Source: an uncultured Bacteriovoracaceae bacterium (GTDB taxonomy: Bacteria > Desulfobacterota > Desulfomonilia > UBA1062). Taken from it: a stretch of 62,324 nucleotides of DNA. The stretch is taken from positions 1-62,324 of the forward strand of contig CAYNVT010000007.1 in the NCBI GenBank assembly GCA_964400685.1. Direction: 5' to 3'. The notes below the pieces were generated by a model. It worked only from the letters and a program-made list of their open reading frames with translations. It ran no database searches and was not told the origin of the DNA. The translations under genes and the position numbers were made by a program. How positions within the stretch are numbered: position 1 is the stretch's first letter; each line of letters opens with the position of its first letter. Positions 17,601 through 26,605 of this stretch are shown piece after piece.

Positions 17601-19540
17601 ACAGGCTGATATCCGTTACTGATATCAATGGAATAAGAACGATAATCACCTATGACAGGAATATCCCGGAAAATATAAGCAGCATTGAAAACAACTATGG
17701 AAGGATAGACTACAGCTATTATCCGCCGGAAACGGGAGGTCTCCTCGGTTCAGGGACAACACTTAAGCAGGCGTCATTCAGCAACGGTGTGCAGATATCC
17801 TATGACTATTACACACACGATCCGAATTCGGCAGCGCCAACGTCACTGATGCTTAAAAGCATAAAAACGACAGGTTCGGGCGGCGTTCTGCTGAGCTTAA
17901 TATCTTATGAGTATGACGAAATGGGCCGCACCTCGAAAGTTACACGCGAATCACCAGATAAGAATGACAGACAAGCCAACAACATAAGGGTGTTCGTCTA
18001 TAATGACAACAATCAGCTCATTTCGGACGAGATGAGAAGCATAGATAATGCGGTGTTTGAAAAGACCGCATACGTCTATGACATCAGAGGAAATATTGTT
18101 TCAAGGTCAGTCAGTAAAACAGGTGAGGCCTCAAAAACGTCTTATGAATATGATGCCGACAACAAGCTTATAAGCATGACAGGGCCTGACGGGGCAACAA
18201 CGTCTTATGTTTATGACAGGAACGGCGGTCTTAAGACAATCATGGTAAACAGCAAAGCGGTTAAAAGCTTCGACTACAACGCCTTCGGCCAGTTAACTAC
18301 CTACCGAGATTCAACAGGCGCAGACATAAGCTATTCATATGACGCCGAAGGATTGAGGAGCCTTAAGAAGGACAACAAAAGCGGATATTCGATAAGGTAT
18401 TTCTATGACGCCGACAGAAAGATTGTGAACGAGGAAGATTCAAAGGGCCGCAGAAGCTCAACGCTGGCGAACCTTTTAAGGGTGGTCGACGGCAGACAGC
18501 AGTGGCTTATAACAGACAAAAAGGATGTTATCGCGTGTATTGATGAAAAAGCTGCAAAAACTTCAGAGGAATACAGCTTCACCGCATACGGAGGAGAGTC
18601 CGGAACAGGCCCTTCCGTTAAAGGTAAGGCTGGCGACGACGGGTTTTTCTCCATTTCGAGCAACCCATACAGGTATTCTGGCTATTATGAGGACGAGGAG
18701 TCGGGCATGTATTACCTCAAAGCGAGGCTCTATTCGCCGGAGCTCATGAGATTCACGTCAAGGGATTCCTATGATCTGACCAACAGATACGCCTATGCCG
18801 ACGGCAATCCTGTTGAAATAGTTGACCCCGATGGACAGATCGGCGTCCTGGCAGTGCTTGCGATAGTTTCATTATCAGCAGGAGTTATTGGTGAGGGCCT
18901 CAATATAGCGGCGAACAAGATAGAACAAAGGCGCCCTGAGTCGGGATATCGCACCATACAGAATCTAAGAACTTCCTCCCGCGTTTTCGGAGGTGTCTCT
19001 TTGGTGACAGGCGTAAGTGCTGCCGCAGGTGCTGGTGCAAAGGCTTATAAAGCCTACAGGCTTGAAAGGTCCAGGCGGGTTGCAATGGAACAGACCCGCC
19101 TTCAGACGCAGCGCGTCAGGCAGATTGATCAAGCAAGAAGGGATCATATTATAGCCAAAGGCGCCAAGGCAAGGGATGTGAATTACACAGAGAGACAATT
19201 AAGGCGGCATAATGAGCGGGCTAGACAGCGCTTTGCAACAAAATATGGTGATAACTGGATGTCGCAAAACCAGAGCAGACAGCAAATAAGAAATCAGAGG
19301 CAGGCAATAGATTTTTTCAGGCCAAGAAATCCGAACAGGTTTGAGAGCAGGAGACTGACTACGATTCAGGAGAGAACTCAATCAAATAACCGGCAGCAAG
19401 TCCAGCCCAACCATCAGCAGCTTGACAATCAGCAGGTCATTCAGAATCGAGAGCTGTCCATGGAGGAAATCCTGGACAGGGCTGAAACTGAATTTAATCA
19501 ATGGGCTTCACAGTCAGGCTATAAAGTTAAAAGGCGTTAA
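14639..19540 (+). CDS. RHS/YD-repeat protein with RHS-associated core and N-terminal signal-like segment
   Basis: Many YxYD..GR repeats; core YYLKARLYSPELMRF...NRYAYADGNPVEIVDPDG; start uncertain (frame open from 14453). Confidence 0.9.
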   Translation: MTTIVFISLLALCVSAFPDTVFSSENSESFGGADTAANKKDVRPSDSFAANAVSGFGIEVNPQTGQPGVTITCIDLPGIVEEMDLNLNLSAGDTVSGDKSSVYGFPAGFKWDLDYVDAKNEILKLTGSASLIIDPSWRPSGLRFVKSAMFKMEKLSGAGAELTYDKRKYLYKLTMLDGSARYFDRFGRLICVDDRFGNRILFYYDRDDYIDNSKLVKINDSFGQDIGITYTGDRLVKTAEITLPDGRKAICSFNITPALSSNVTLVSPEGRRVVISLFENGRIREVQYPSGGSIRYDYNDNAVDYILAKGGKTRSFPAVSKVTEDSGHAGSAKKTTYYDYRSSGRFYTGYPDYPFGSDQLFTSGANAFKFSTSITSRRNPENGGNIKTLITFNNLNLPLRTEIRQGDSLKQTTIPKYAGQISHGIFPSLQQLGGNYSRAVETEVKTGSRTINNETLSYNPDGLVSLSIEKTGTATAETHKDYFNFALEKTSETRDSEDNTGMILSENTLDASGKYIAGSVAKRGGEKIVIQTAMDSHGRTTLMNTKKLDGAEPSTVSEKYSYLDPQTGGYELTTVAIDGLGHETSVTVDIRNGFVMKETNAMGRSIIYDYDKDKKGLLVTKKYPDGSWETIDETDPKKTVSTSSGYVETEYLDGFGRLIKRTDNGGPGSAERTLYACTYNELGEIATETDMFSRTTKHFYNDWQGRKTKTIENPYVPGASAYQGNETSIKYDDVNLIETLNYNGVNVSKTQYDDRDNVLKEINFLGGCPGKNVHPAKEFAYNGKGQEISSKLLMATDINLPGREVLSKTSKYDLEENEISSRVKTRDGALNTTQAYFNAFGYVNSSNIAYDKVSPGVDGSMKGFSSEVKEYNAAGDIIKVTNALNQSMFFTYDKNGNMTSMTDFAKKKTEYKYDVMDRLSSIESGDMEVIVKYYPPGSPAEGQVQSRELKTGKTLKDRIEYSYNSRGLLEKTTYFDGRSRHAEYDNYDRLISVTDINGIRTIITYDRNIPENISSIENNYGRIDYSYYPPETGGLLGSGTTLKQASFSNGVQISYDYYTHDPNSAAPTSLMLKSIKTTGSGGVLLSLISYEYDEMGRTSKVTRESPDKNDRQANNIRVFVYNDNNQLISDEMRSIDNAVFEKTAYVYDIRGNIVSRSVSKTGEASKTSYEYDADNKLISMTGPDGATTSYVYDRNGGLKTIMVNSKAVKSFDYNAFGQLTTYRDSTGADISYSYDAEGLRSLKKDNKSGYSIRYFYDADRKIVNEEDSKGRRSSTLANLLRVVDGRQQWLITDKKDVIACIDEKAAKTSEEYSFTAYGGESGTGPSVKGKAGDDGFFSISSNPYRYSGYYEDEESGMYYLKARLYSPELMRFTSRDSYDLTNRYAYADGNPVEIVDPDGQIGVLAVLAIVSLSAGVIGEGLNIAANKIEQRRPESGYRTIQNLRTSSRVFGGVSLVTGVSAAAGAGAKAYKAYRLERSRRVAMEQTRLQTQRVRQIDQARRDHIIAKGAKARDVNYTERQLRRHNERARQRFATKYGDNWMSQNQSRQQIRNQRQAIDFFRPRNPNRFESRRLTTIQERTQSNNRQQVQPNHQQLDNQQVIQNRELSMEEILDRAETEFNQWASQSGYKVKRR

Positions 19541-19597
19541 CAACTATTTTAAACGCAAAGAAGACATAATTGATTGGAAAAAATGGCTTGCGGAACA

Positions 19598-19637
19598 TGC
19601 GGATGAAAGTATGATTGCGTTCATATTTTCATCCGCA
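19598..19637. terminator. Long hairpin after the RHS gene
   Basis: TGCGGATGAAAGTATGA-ttgcgt-TCATATTTTCATCCGCA, 17-bp stem with one G-T pair; no clear U-tract. Confidence 0.45.
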
Positions 19638-19725
19638 ATTTGCAATGCAATCTACGGCCAGCCCCGGTGCTAAAGCATTCCTTCTGAAATCCGATAAGTA
19701 CAGATATATCACTGGGGGATTGGGT

Positions 19726-20724
19726 ATGATGAAATTGAGCGTGTTATTGGCATTCATTATGATATTCTTTGCCGGATGCGGTTCGAGCAGCAATGACAGC
19801 CAGGACTCTCCGAACGGCGTCAGTATAACGGCGACGCAGCCTACGGCATGGGAAGATTCCGATGATTATCTTGAATTTATAATTGACCTCGGCTCGCCTA
19901 ACGGGACAACGCAGAGTATATTCGTCTATTTCGAAGCCTCAGGAACAGGGCTGGAAAGAGATGATATTGATGGCCTCCCTTCTCTGCAGCAGGAATATGT
20001 AGAAATTCCTCCCGGCTCGCAGACCGCAACGATCAAGCTTGAAGGCTTTACCAGCGACGGCAGCATCACGGAGACACAGCCCATCAAAATCAGCCTTACC
20101 GGATGCAGCAGCGCTGATTTCCCGATAGGCTCATCATCACAAGCCACTGCAATCATCATGGATGGTGACGGGGAAGTGGTTTACGACATTGACGGCAACC
20201 GGTATCGTACGGTTCTCATAGGTTCCCAGACCTGGATGGTCGAAAACCTGGAAACATACAGCTTCAGGAACGGGGACCGCATATACGAGAGCTGGTCTTG
20301 CAATAACGATTATAATAATGATTCTACTTATGGCAGACTTTACAACTGGTATGTCATAATGGATATTCGCGGCCTTGCACCTGACGGCTGGCATGTGCCG
20401 ACAAAGGAAGAATGGCAACAATTGATAGACTATCTGGGAGGAGAAAGCATTGCCGGCGGCAAACTCAAAGCCACCACGTTGTGGCGCAGCCCCAATACAG
20501 GGGCGACAAACGAAAGCGGATTCTCGGCATTCCCCGGTGGCGCCCGTCGCAGCGATGGGGTTTTCCTGTTTTTTGGAGAATGGGGTCTATTCTGGAATAT
20601 AGCCGGAGATTCTTATGAGAATTTTGTTACGAGTGAAAGTCTTAACTACGCCAGGTCGACCGCGTACTTCGATCCCGGGATGCCGAAGAACCTTGGAATT
20701 AGTGTGCGCTGCATCAGGGATTGA
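19726..20724 (+). CDS. Lipoprotein with Calx-beta-like and FISUMP (Fib_succ_major) domains
   Basis: Lipobox FAGC; DIDGNRYRTVLIGSQTWMVENL, YGRLYNW, GWHVPTKEEW, SVRCIRD. Confidence 0.88.
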   Translation: MMKLSVLLAFIMIFFAGCGSSSNDSQDSPNGVSITATQPTAWEDSDDYLEFIIDLGSPNGTTQSIFVYFEASGTGLERDDIDGLPSLQQEYVEIPPGSQTATIKLEGFTSDGSITETQPIKISLTGCSSADFPIGSSSQATAIIMDGDGEVVYDIDGNRYRTVLIGSQTWMVENLETYSFRNGDRIYESWSCNNDYNNDSTYGRLYNWYVIMDIRGLAPDGWHVPTKEEWQQLIDYLGGESIAGGKLKATTLWRSPNTGATNESGFSAFPGGARRSDGVFLFFGEWGLFWNIAGDSYENFVTSESLNYARSTAYFDPGMPKNLGISVRCIRD

Positions 20725-20861
20725 TCGAATAATTTGATTTATCTCCTAACCTTCATTATCCGGATTTTAAGAGTAGGCACCCGAGTTGATGTGAATCTTT
20801 AAAGTTATCAGGTATATTTGTCGATAGCTGTAATTATATATTCCTGTTCATGGAGGATAAA

Positions 20862-23800
20862 ATGAAGAAAATCACACCTGGAATGTCTGCGGGAAAAATG
20901 CTGGCGTGTTTGATTTTATTTATCGCGTTAACGCCTTTCGCTCTTTTTGCTGAACCCGTTGAAGACCCTGATAAAGTTACCACGGCTGAAAAGCTTTTGA
21001 GCTTCGCGGGCGGACTGGCGGGCGTAAGCTCAGGAGGGCAGTGGGGATTCATTAACACTGCGGGAAAGGTCGTAATAAAGTTCATATTCAAGGAAATAGG
21101 CTCTTTCAATGCCGACTTGGCCCCTGCAAGAGTCGATAAGCAAAAATGGGGATACATCAATAAAAAAGGACTTTATGTAATAAATCCTAAATATGACGGC
21201 GCCAGGCCATTCAGTGACGGACTCGCTCCTGTCAAAAAAGGACAGGCATGGGGCATGATAGACAAGAAGGGCAGGCTCATCATTGATTATTCATACCAGG
21301 ATCTGAAAAGTTTCAATTCAGGGCTCGCTCCGGCAAAACGGGTTAACAAATGGGGATTCATAAACAAGAAGAACAAGTTTGTTCTGGACAGGGTCTGGCT
21401 GGACGCCGGCGAATTTCAGGAAGGTCTGGCGCCTGTCAAAGACCTTGAAAACCAGTGGGGATATATAGATACAAAAGGTAAAATCTATATTGAAACGCAG
21501 TTCGACGAGGCCGGTGAATTCAGCGAAGGCCTCGCTCCTGTCCGGGTTGAGAACAAATGGGGTTTTGTCAATTACAAAGGGCAGTACAAAATCAACCCGC
21601 AGTATGAAGATGCGAAACAATTTTCAGAAAAACTCGCGGCAGTCAAAGAAAACGGCAAATGGGGCTACATCGATCCCAAGGGTAGAGACATCATAGCCCA
21701 TCAGTTTGATGATGCAGCCGATTTCTCGGATGGCTATGCGCTTGTCCAGAAAGAGGGCGTTGCGTTTTATATAGATACAGAAGGCAATAAAGCCCTTGAC
21801 GTAACAGTGAAGACGGCGTCTGGGGCAGCTCTGGAGACTGAAACACTTCGTTCTATTCAGAATGAGCAACAGAAACTATCCGCCTACGATGGTTCGGCCA
21901 ACGGGAACAACGCGAACAGGATAGACAATTATCTGTTTTATGAGTGGGAGTTTCATGAACTTTTCATGTGCAGCCTTGACGACAACGGCTGGCCGACGAC
22001 CTGTGAATCCCTTACAAAATTGATGCAGGTCCCCGGCGGGGAGTTGACATGCCAGTATGACAGCTCCATGTTCGTTCTTGACAGCAGCGAACCGGGAAAA
22101 CTCGTTTTAAAAGAGTTTTCAAATCTGAATGATTTCAAAAGCTCTAAAGTCACTGTTTTTCCCGACAGCGATTCTGAACACAATCTCAAGGTCTGCCCTG
22201 TTGTTGATGATGATTTCTTTTATGTCCTGTCGGTTAAAGATGGAAAGACATTCAAAACATACCGGCTCTTGAGATATTCGCGTAAAGATTCCAGCGCAAA
22301 AGCTGTTTTTGGAGATGAGATCAGGGTTGAAGACAGCAACTATGAAGTCAGGATAAGAAGGATTCCCGATACGAACAGCGTAGGCGTTTTCATCAGGAGC
22401 GACAGAATCGATCCGTATAAAGGACAGATTGTTGACCTGAACTGCTTTACCATTGACCTTGATACCATGAAAAGCACTCCGGTTGTGCGTAAACAGGATA
22501 TTCTCAAAGACCGTGAAAGACCACATGGGAAATGGATGAGCGATGTATGTTTTGCAACCATTGACGGTAAAGTGGGTTTTGTGACAGGCTTTTGCACCAA
22601 TAGAGCCGAAATCAGTCCGGATAACGATATTCTTTTCATACCGCTTTATACCAGTGATGAAAAACTGGAAAATTTTTATTTCACGAGCGATTCTATTGTA
22701 AGCGTAAAGAAGAAATTTAATTTTACCCGCCTGCCGTCGCTCATGTATCACAATATCGGTTTTACGCCCTCTCAGAAATTCGATGAAGGATTTGTTGATG
22801 AACTTAGATATCTTGACAGATACTGGTACGGTCATGGTCCTGACTGGAAGTCGATGACCGATTCAGCGCTTAAATTCACAGAGTCGAAGGAGGAGGATAA
22901 AAACTATAAAACCTTCAGCCTGGGCAGGTTCAGGCCGGTAGGTGTTGTCTTCGGTGTCCCGCCCAGGTATGACGACAAAACTTCCAATGCGAGCAAATTC
23001 ACGCTTGCCACAACTTCAACAGACATCAGCAGCATGATTTACGCAACAACATTCGGCAAGGCGTCCACCACTAGCAAGGACTGGGCGTCAGGCAAAATAA
23101 GCTTCAGCAGATCGAGCATGTTTTCAAACAGTGTAATAAAAAGCCAGACGAAACAGATCGACCTTTACGCGTCGCAGACAGTTTCAATCGAGTCCTACGG
23201 AAAAAACAGCGCATGGGTTATAGGAGCGCCCACCTATATCAATTATTATCTTTATGAAACAAGGAATAAAGACAGCAAGGAACCTTTAAAGATAATGTCG
23301 CCCAAAGGCGTCATTGATTTCATCAGCTATACGGTGATGCCTGTCGTGCTTCCGGCTGACACCAGCAAATATTCTTATCTTTGCTATGACATCAGCAAAC
23401 CTGACGGCAAGGACGCGGTTTTCGGCGGCCTTGACCCCAGCTGGAATGAAGTAGTCAAGGGCTTGCCCGCCTTTTATTCGAATGACGACATCGAAAAATG
23501 GGCCAGGGATGACAGGGGAGATATCTGGTATCAGAACTCTTTGTCCAACAAGAAATACGATGTGAAGGTTATCAAGGTAAATACGGCCACCAGTGAAAGC
23601 GACAGGTTTTCAATAACAGACACTACAAGGAAAATCGAGAGCAAGAGCAAAAAGGTAAGACTCAAGCTGCCGTTTATTAAAGAAAGGTCTGTTAATGTGA
23701 CTAACGCCACAAGTATGACGCTGTCCGATAAAAATGAATGGATATGGGATTATCAGATGATAAAATATAAGGACATCGGCAATCCGAAGCAGATTACGGA

Positions 23801-23957
23801 CACTATCTATCTTTATCTGCCGAAGGAGGGAGCGACTGCCGCCGACCTGCCCTGGAGTTCGGACTTCATGAAAGAAAACAATATCGTCACCTTCGCCATA
23901 TGCTACGGGGTGAATTACGGGATCATGAAGGATGCCGATAAAGATGCTGTAAAGTAG
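20862..23957 (+). CDS. Secreted WG-repeat protein B (8 WG units plus a different C-terminal region)
   Basis: GGAGG RBS; signal peptide ending ALFA; N-terminal ~310 aa paralogous to 11568..14459. Confidence 0.88.
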   Translation: MKKITPGMSAGKMLACLILFIALTPFALFAEPVEDPDKVTTAEKLLSFAGGLAGVSSGGQWGFINTAGKVVIKFIFKEIGSFNADLAPARVDKQKWGYINKKGLYVINPKYDGARPFSDGLAPVKKGQAWGMIDKKGRLIIDYSYQDLKSFNSGLAPAKRVNKWGFINKKNKFVLDRVWLDAGEFQEGLAPVKDLENQWGYIDTKGKIYIETQFDEAGEFSEGLAPVRVENKWGFVNYKGQYKINPQYEDAKQFSEKLAAVKENGKWGYIDPKGRDIIAHQFDDAADFSDGYALVQKEGVAFYIDTEGNKALDVTVKTASGAALETETLRSIQNEQQKLSAYDGSANGNNANRIDNYLFYEWEFHELFMCSLDDNGWPTTCESLTKLMQVPGGELTCQYDSSMFVLDSSEPGKLVLKEFSNLNDFKSSKVTVFPDSDSEHNLKVCPVVDDDFFYVLSVKDGKTFKTYRLLRYSRKDSSAKAVFGDEIRVEDSNYEVRIRRIPDTNSVGVFIRSDRIDPYKGQIVDLNCFTIDLDTMKSTPVVRKQDILKDRERPHGKWMSDVCFATIDGKVGFVTGFCTNRAEISPDNDILFIPLYTSDEKLENFYFTSDSIVSVKKKFNFTRLPSLMYHNIGFTPSQKFDEGFVDELRYLDRYWYGHGPDWKSMTDSALKFTESKEEDKNYKTFSLGRFRPVGVVFGVPPRYDDKTSNASKFTLATTSTDISSMIYATTFGKASTTSKDWASGKISFSRSSMFSNSVIKSQTKQIDLYASQTVSIESYGKNSAWVIGAPTYINYYLYETRNKDSKEPLKIMSPKGVIDFISYTVMPVVLPADTSKYSYLCYDISKPDGKDAVFGGLDPSWNEVVKGLPAFYSNDDIEKWARDDRGDIWYQNSLSNKKYDVKVIKVNTATSESDRFSITDTTRKIESKSKKVRLKLPFIKERSVNVTNATSMTLSDKNEWIWDYQMIKYKDIGNPKQITDTIYLYLPKEGATAADLPWSSDFMKENNIVTFAICYGVNYGIMKDADKDAVK

Positions 23958-23975
23958 GATATATATTTTAAAAAC

Positions 23976-24050
23976 TGGTGGGTCGTACTGGGATTGAACC
24001 AGTGACTTCTACCGTGTGAAGGTAGCGCTCTCCCGCTGAGCTAACGACCC
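23976..24050 (-). tRNA. tRNA-Val (anticodon CAC)
   Basis: GGGTCGTTAGCTCAGCGGGAGAGCGCTACCTTCACACGGTAGAAGTCACTGGTTCAATCCCAGTACGACCCACCA; cloverleaf, GGTTCAA T-loop, encoded CCA. Confidence 0.97.
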
Positions 24051-24104
24051 GTTTACGATTCTTCGTGTTTAATCAGTACAGCTTTTTTATGTCAAGGAAT
24101 ATTT

Positions 24105-24135
24105 AGCTATTAAGCTGATAGCTGATAAGCTGTTA
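24105..24135. repeat. AGCT-core 7-8-mer tandem array (4 units)
   Basis: AGCTATTA AGCTGAT AGCTGATA AGCTGTTA. Confidence 0.8.
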
Positions 24136-24297
24136 AGGAAAATCAAAACCGAATTCGTTTATTAACTCAACAACTTATCAGCTAATTGGTTTTTCAAGCT
24201 TAATTGCTTAATCGCTCATCATATTTACAATTGCGGGGCTTGAATGCGGAACGGAATAGCATAGTAAAATTAGCACCTTTGTGATAATTAATTCTCC

Positions 24298-25167
24298 ATG
24301 GAGAATCTTTATCCCAGCATGCTCGAGCTTACCAAAAGGGCCAGCATAGTTATTGGCGATGATATTCTTACATCACTGAAAAACGCCCTTCAGAATGAAG
24401 CCCCCTCTTCTCTCGCATATGAGACACTTGACACGATCATTAAGAGCGCCAGCCTTTCCGATAAAGGCAATCTGCCGATCTGCCAGGATACAGGCTCCAT
24501 ATTCGCATTGATACGATCTGAGCCGGCACTGGCCATAAAAATAAGGAAATCGCTTTTAAAGGCCATAAGGGAGCTTACCCGCGACGGCATCTTGAGGCAG
24601 AACTGCGTTCACTCGTTGAGCGGTTTGAATACTGGGGACAATACAGGAGAACATGTACCGCAAATCCATTTCGAACCATTGAGCGGACAGACACAGGTGA
24701 GTCTGATGCTCAAAGGCGGCGGGTCGGAAAATGTCAGTACGCAGTACAGTCTGCCGGACAGTTCACTCAATGCAGGAAGAGACCTTGAAGGAGTAAGGCG
24801 CTGTTTGCTCGATGCCGTATTCAGGGCCCAGGGCAAAGGCTGCTCTCCGGGCATTCTCGGAGTATGCATCGGAGGAGACCGCGCGTCCGGGTATCTTATC
24901 GCAAAAGAGCAGCTTTTCAGAAGGCTTGACGATATAAATACCGACGTTGAGCTTGCAGGGCTTGAATCCCGCCTGCTTGAAGAAGCCAACTCGCTCGGCA
25001 TAGGGCCGATGGGGCTTGGAGGAAAAACGACCCTCCTCGGCGTAAAAATCGCAGGCATATGCCGGCATCCGGCAAGCTATTTCGTTACAGTGAGCTATTC
25101 ATGCTGGGCGACAAGAAGGTACACTGCCGTGCTTGACGAAACCGGGGGTATCGCAGAATGGATATGA
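24298..25167 (+). CDS. Fe-S hydro-lyase, fumarate/tartrate type, alpha subunit
   Basis: PICQDTG, KGGGSEN, GCSPGILGVCIGG, RHPASY. Confidence 0.93.
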   Translation: MENLYPSMLELTKRASIVIGDDILTSLKNALQNEAPSSLAYETLDTIIKSASLSDKGNLPICQDTGSIFALIRSEPALAIKIRKSLLKAIRELTRDGILRQNCVHSLSGLNTGDNTGEHVPQIHFEPLSGQTQVSLMLKGGGSENVSTQYSLPDSSLNAGRDLEGVRRCLLDAVFRAQGKGCSPGILGVCIGGDRASGYLIAKEQLFRRLDDINTDVELAGLESRLLEEANSLGIGPMGLGGKTTLLGVKIAGICRHPASYFVTVSYSCWATRRYTAVLDETGGIAEWI

Positions 25168-25751
25168 AACGCATAACATTACCTTTCAGCGAATATACCG
25201 TCAGGTCTCTCCACATAGGCGACAGCGTACTTTTAAGCGGGACAATCGTTACTGCAAGGGATGCGGCGCACAAGCACCTTGCATCAACAGGAGAATCGCC
25301 TCTCGGCATGAAAGGTATGGTGATCTACCACTGCGGACCGGTTACCATCAAAACCGGGAATATCTGGAAGGTCATGGCCGCAGGCCCGACGACATCCATC
25401 CGCGAAGAGCCATATGAAGCCGATATCATAGAAAAATTCAGACCGGCCGCCATTATGGGAAAAGGCGGCATGGGCAGACATACACTCGAGGCCATGAGGA
25501 AGTCGGGATGCGTCTATCTGAACGCCACGGGTGGCGCCGCTGCATATCTTGCAGGGTGCATAAACGCCGTGAGTGATGTTTATTTTCTTGACGAGTTCGG
25601 GCAGCCTGAAGCCATGTGGGTTCTTAATGTAACCGACTTCCCTGCGATTGTTACGATGGATTCATTCGGAAAATCTCTCCACGACGAAATAGAAATCGTT
25701 TCCAGGAAGAATCTGGAAAAACTTATAAACAACAAAACTAAACACGATTGA
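25158..25751 (+). CDS. Fe-S hydro-lyase, fumarate/tartrate type, beta subunit
   Basis: TARDAAHK, YHCGP, AGPTTSIR, MGKGGMG, GQPEAMW. Confidence 0.93.
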   Translation: MDMKRITLPFSEYTVRSLHIGDSVLLSGTIVTARDAAHKHLASTGESPLGMKGMVIYHCGPVTIKTGNIWKVMAAGPTTSIREEPYEADIIEKFRPAAIMGKGGMGRHTLEAMRKSGCVYLNATGGAAAYLAGCINAVSDVYFLDEFGQPEAMWVLNVTDFPAIVTMDSFGKSLHDEIEIVSRKNLEKLINNKTKHD

Positions 25752-25763
25752 GGAGGAAATACC

Positions 25764-26549
25764 ATGAACGTAAAAGATTTATTCGACCTTAAAGACAAGG
25801 TTTCCATCGTAACAGGCGGCGGCAGGGGCATAGGCTCGTTTATCGCAAAAGGACTTGCCGAAGCCGGCAGTAATGTCGTCATTGCATCCCGCAAACTTGC
25901 CAACTGCGAAAAAGAGGCGGCCGAACTGGCGGCCCTTGGCGTGAAGACGCTTGCCGTAAAATGCGATATGGGGTCTGAAGCTGACATTACAGCCCTGGTG
26001 GACGCGACCATGAAGGAATTCGGACGCATAGATGTGCTCGTAAACAATGCAGGCGTAACATGGGGCGCTCCGACACTCGATTTCCCGCTGGATGCCTGGG
26101 ACAAGATATTCAGCGTTAATACAAGGGGCGTATGGATAATCTGCCAGAAGGTGGCGAGGATCATGAAGGATCAGGGCGGCGGCAAGATGATAAATGTATC
26201 GTCCATCTACGGCTCACGCGGTTCGATCGAAGAGGCCCACCCTGCAGTCGCCTACAACCCTTCAAAGGCGGCCGTCGAAGTCCTTACGAAAAACCTTGCC
26301 ATCAAACTCGCCCGATACAAGATATACGTCAACTGCATGGCGCCCGGTTTCTTCAAGACTGATATGATGGCCTATGTCTTCAAGCCGGATATGAAACCCA
26401 TACTAGACGCAATAGTGGGTGAAATCCCCTTGAGGATGTGGGGCGACGAAGACGAAATAAAGGGGCTGGCCGTATTCCTCGCTTCAAACGCCTCCAACTA
26501 CATAACGGGCGGCATATTCCCTGTTGATGGGGGACTGGGAGCGAAGTAA
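25764..26549 (+). CDS. SDR family oxidoreductase (gluconate 5-dehydrogenase-like)
   Basis: TGGGRGIG, NNAG, YNPSK, VDGG. Confidence 0.92.
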   Translation: MNVKDLFDLKDKVSIVTGGGRGIGSFIAKGLAEAGSNVVIASRKLANCEKEAAELAALGVKTLAVKCDMGSEADITALVDATMKEFGRIDVLVNNAGVTWGAPTLDFPLDAWDKIFSVNTRGVWIICQKVARIMKDQGGGKMINVSSIYGSRGSIEEAHPAVAYNPSKAAVEVLTKNLAIKLARYKIYVNCMAPGFFKTDMMAYVFKPDMKPILDAIVGEIPLRMWGDEDEIKGLAVFLASNASNYITGGIFPVDGGLGAK

Positions 26550-26554
26550 AAAAC

Positions 26555-26605
26555 AGCTGATAAGCTGTTTAGCTATTAAGCTGTTGAGCTATTAAGCTGT
26601 TAAGC
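26555..26605. repeat. AGCT-core octamer tandem array (6 units)
   Basis: AGCTGATA AGCTGTTT AGCTATTA AGCTGTTG AGCTATTA AGCTGTTA. Confidence 0.85.

Noticed and set aside
19422-19673. Small ORF as RHS immunity gene
   Set aside because: Overlaps the RHS end by ~120 bp, has no RBS, and runs through the hairpin.
19726-20724. Diversity-generating retroelement target (FISUMP C-terminus)
   Set aside because: No template repeat differing at adenines and no reverse transcriptase seen in the window; cannot exclude a remote DGR.
11430-24050. Bona fide tRNA-anchored integrative island
   Set aside because: No duplicated tRNA 3' end found at the left boundary and no integrase.
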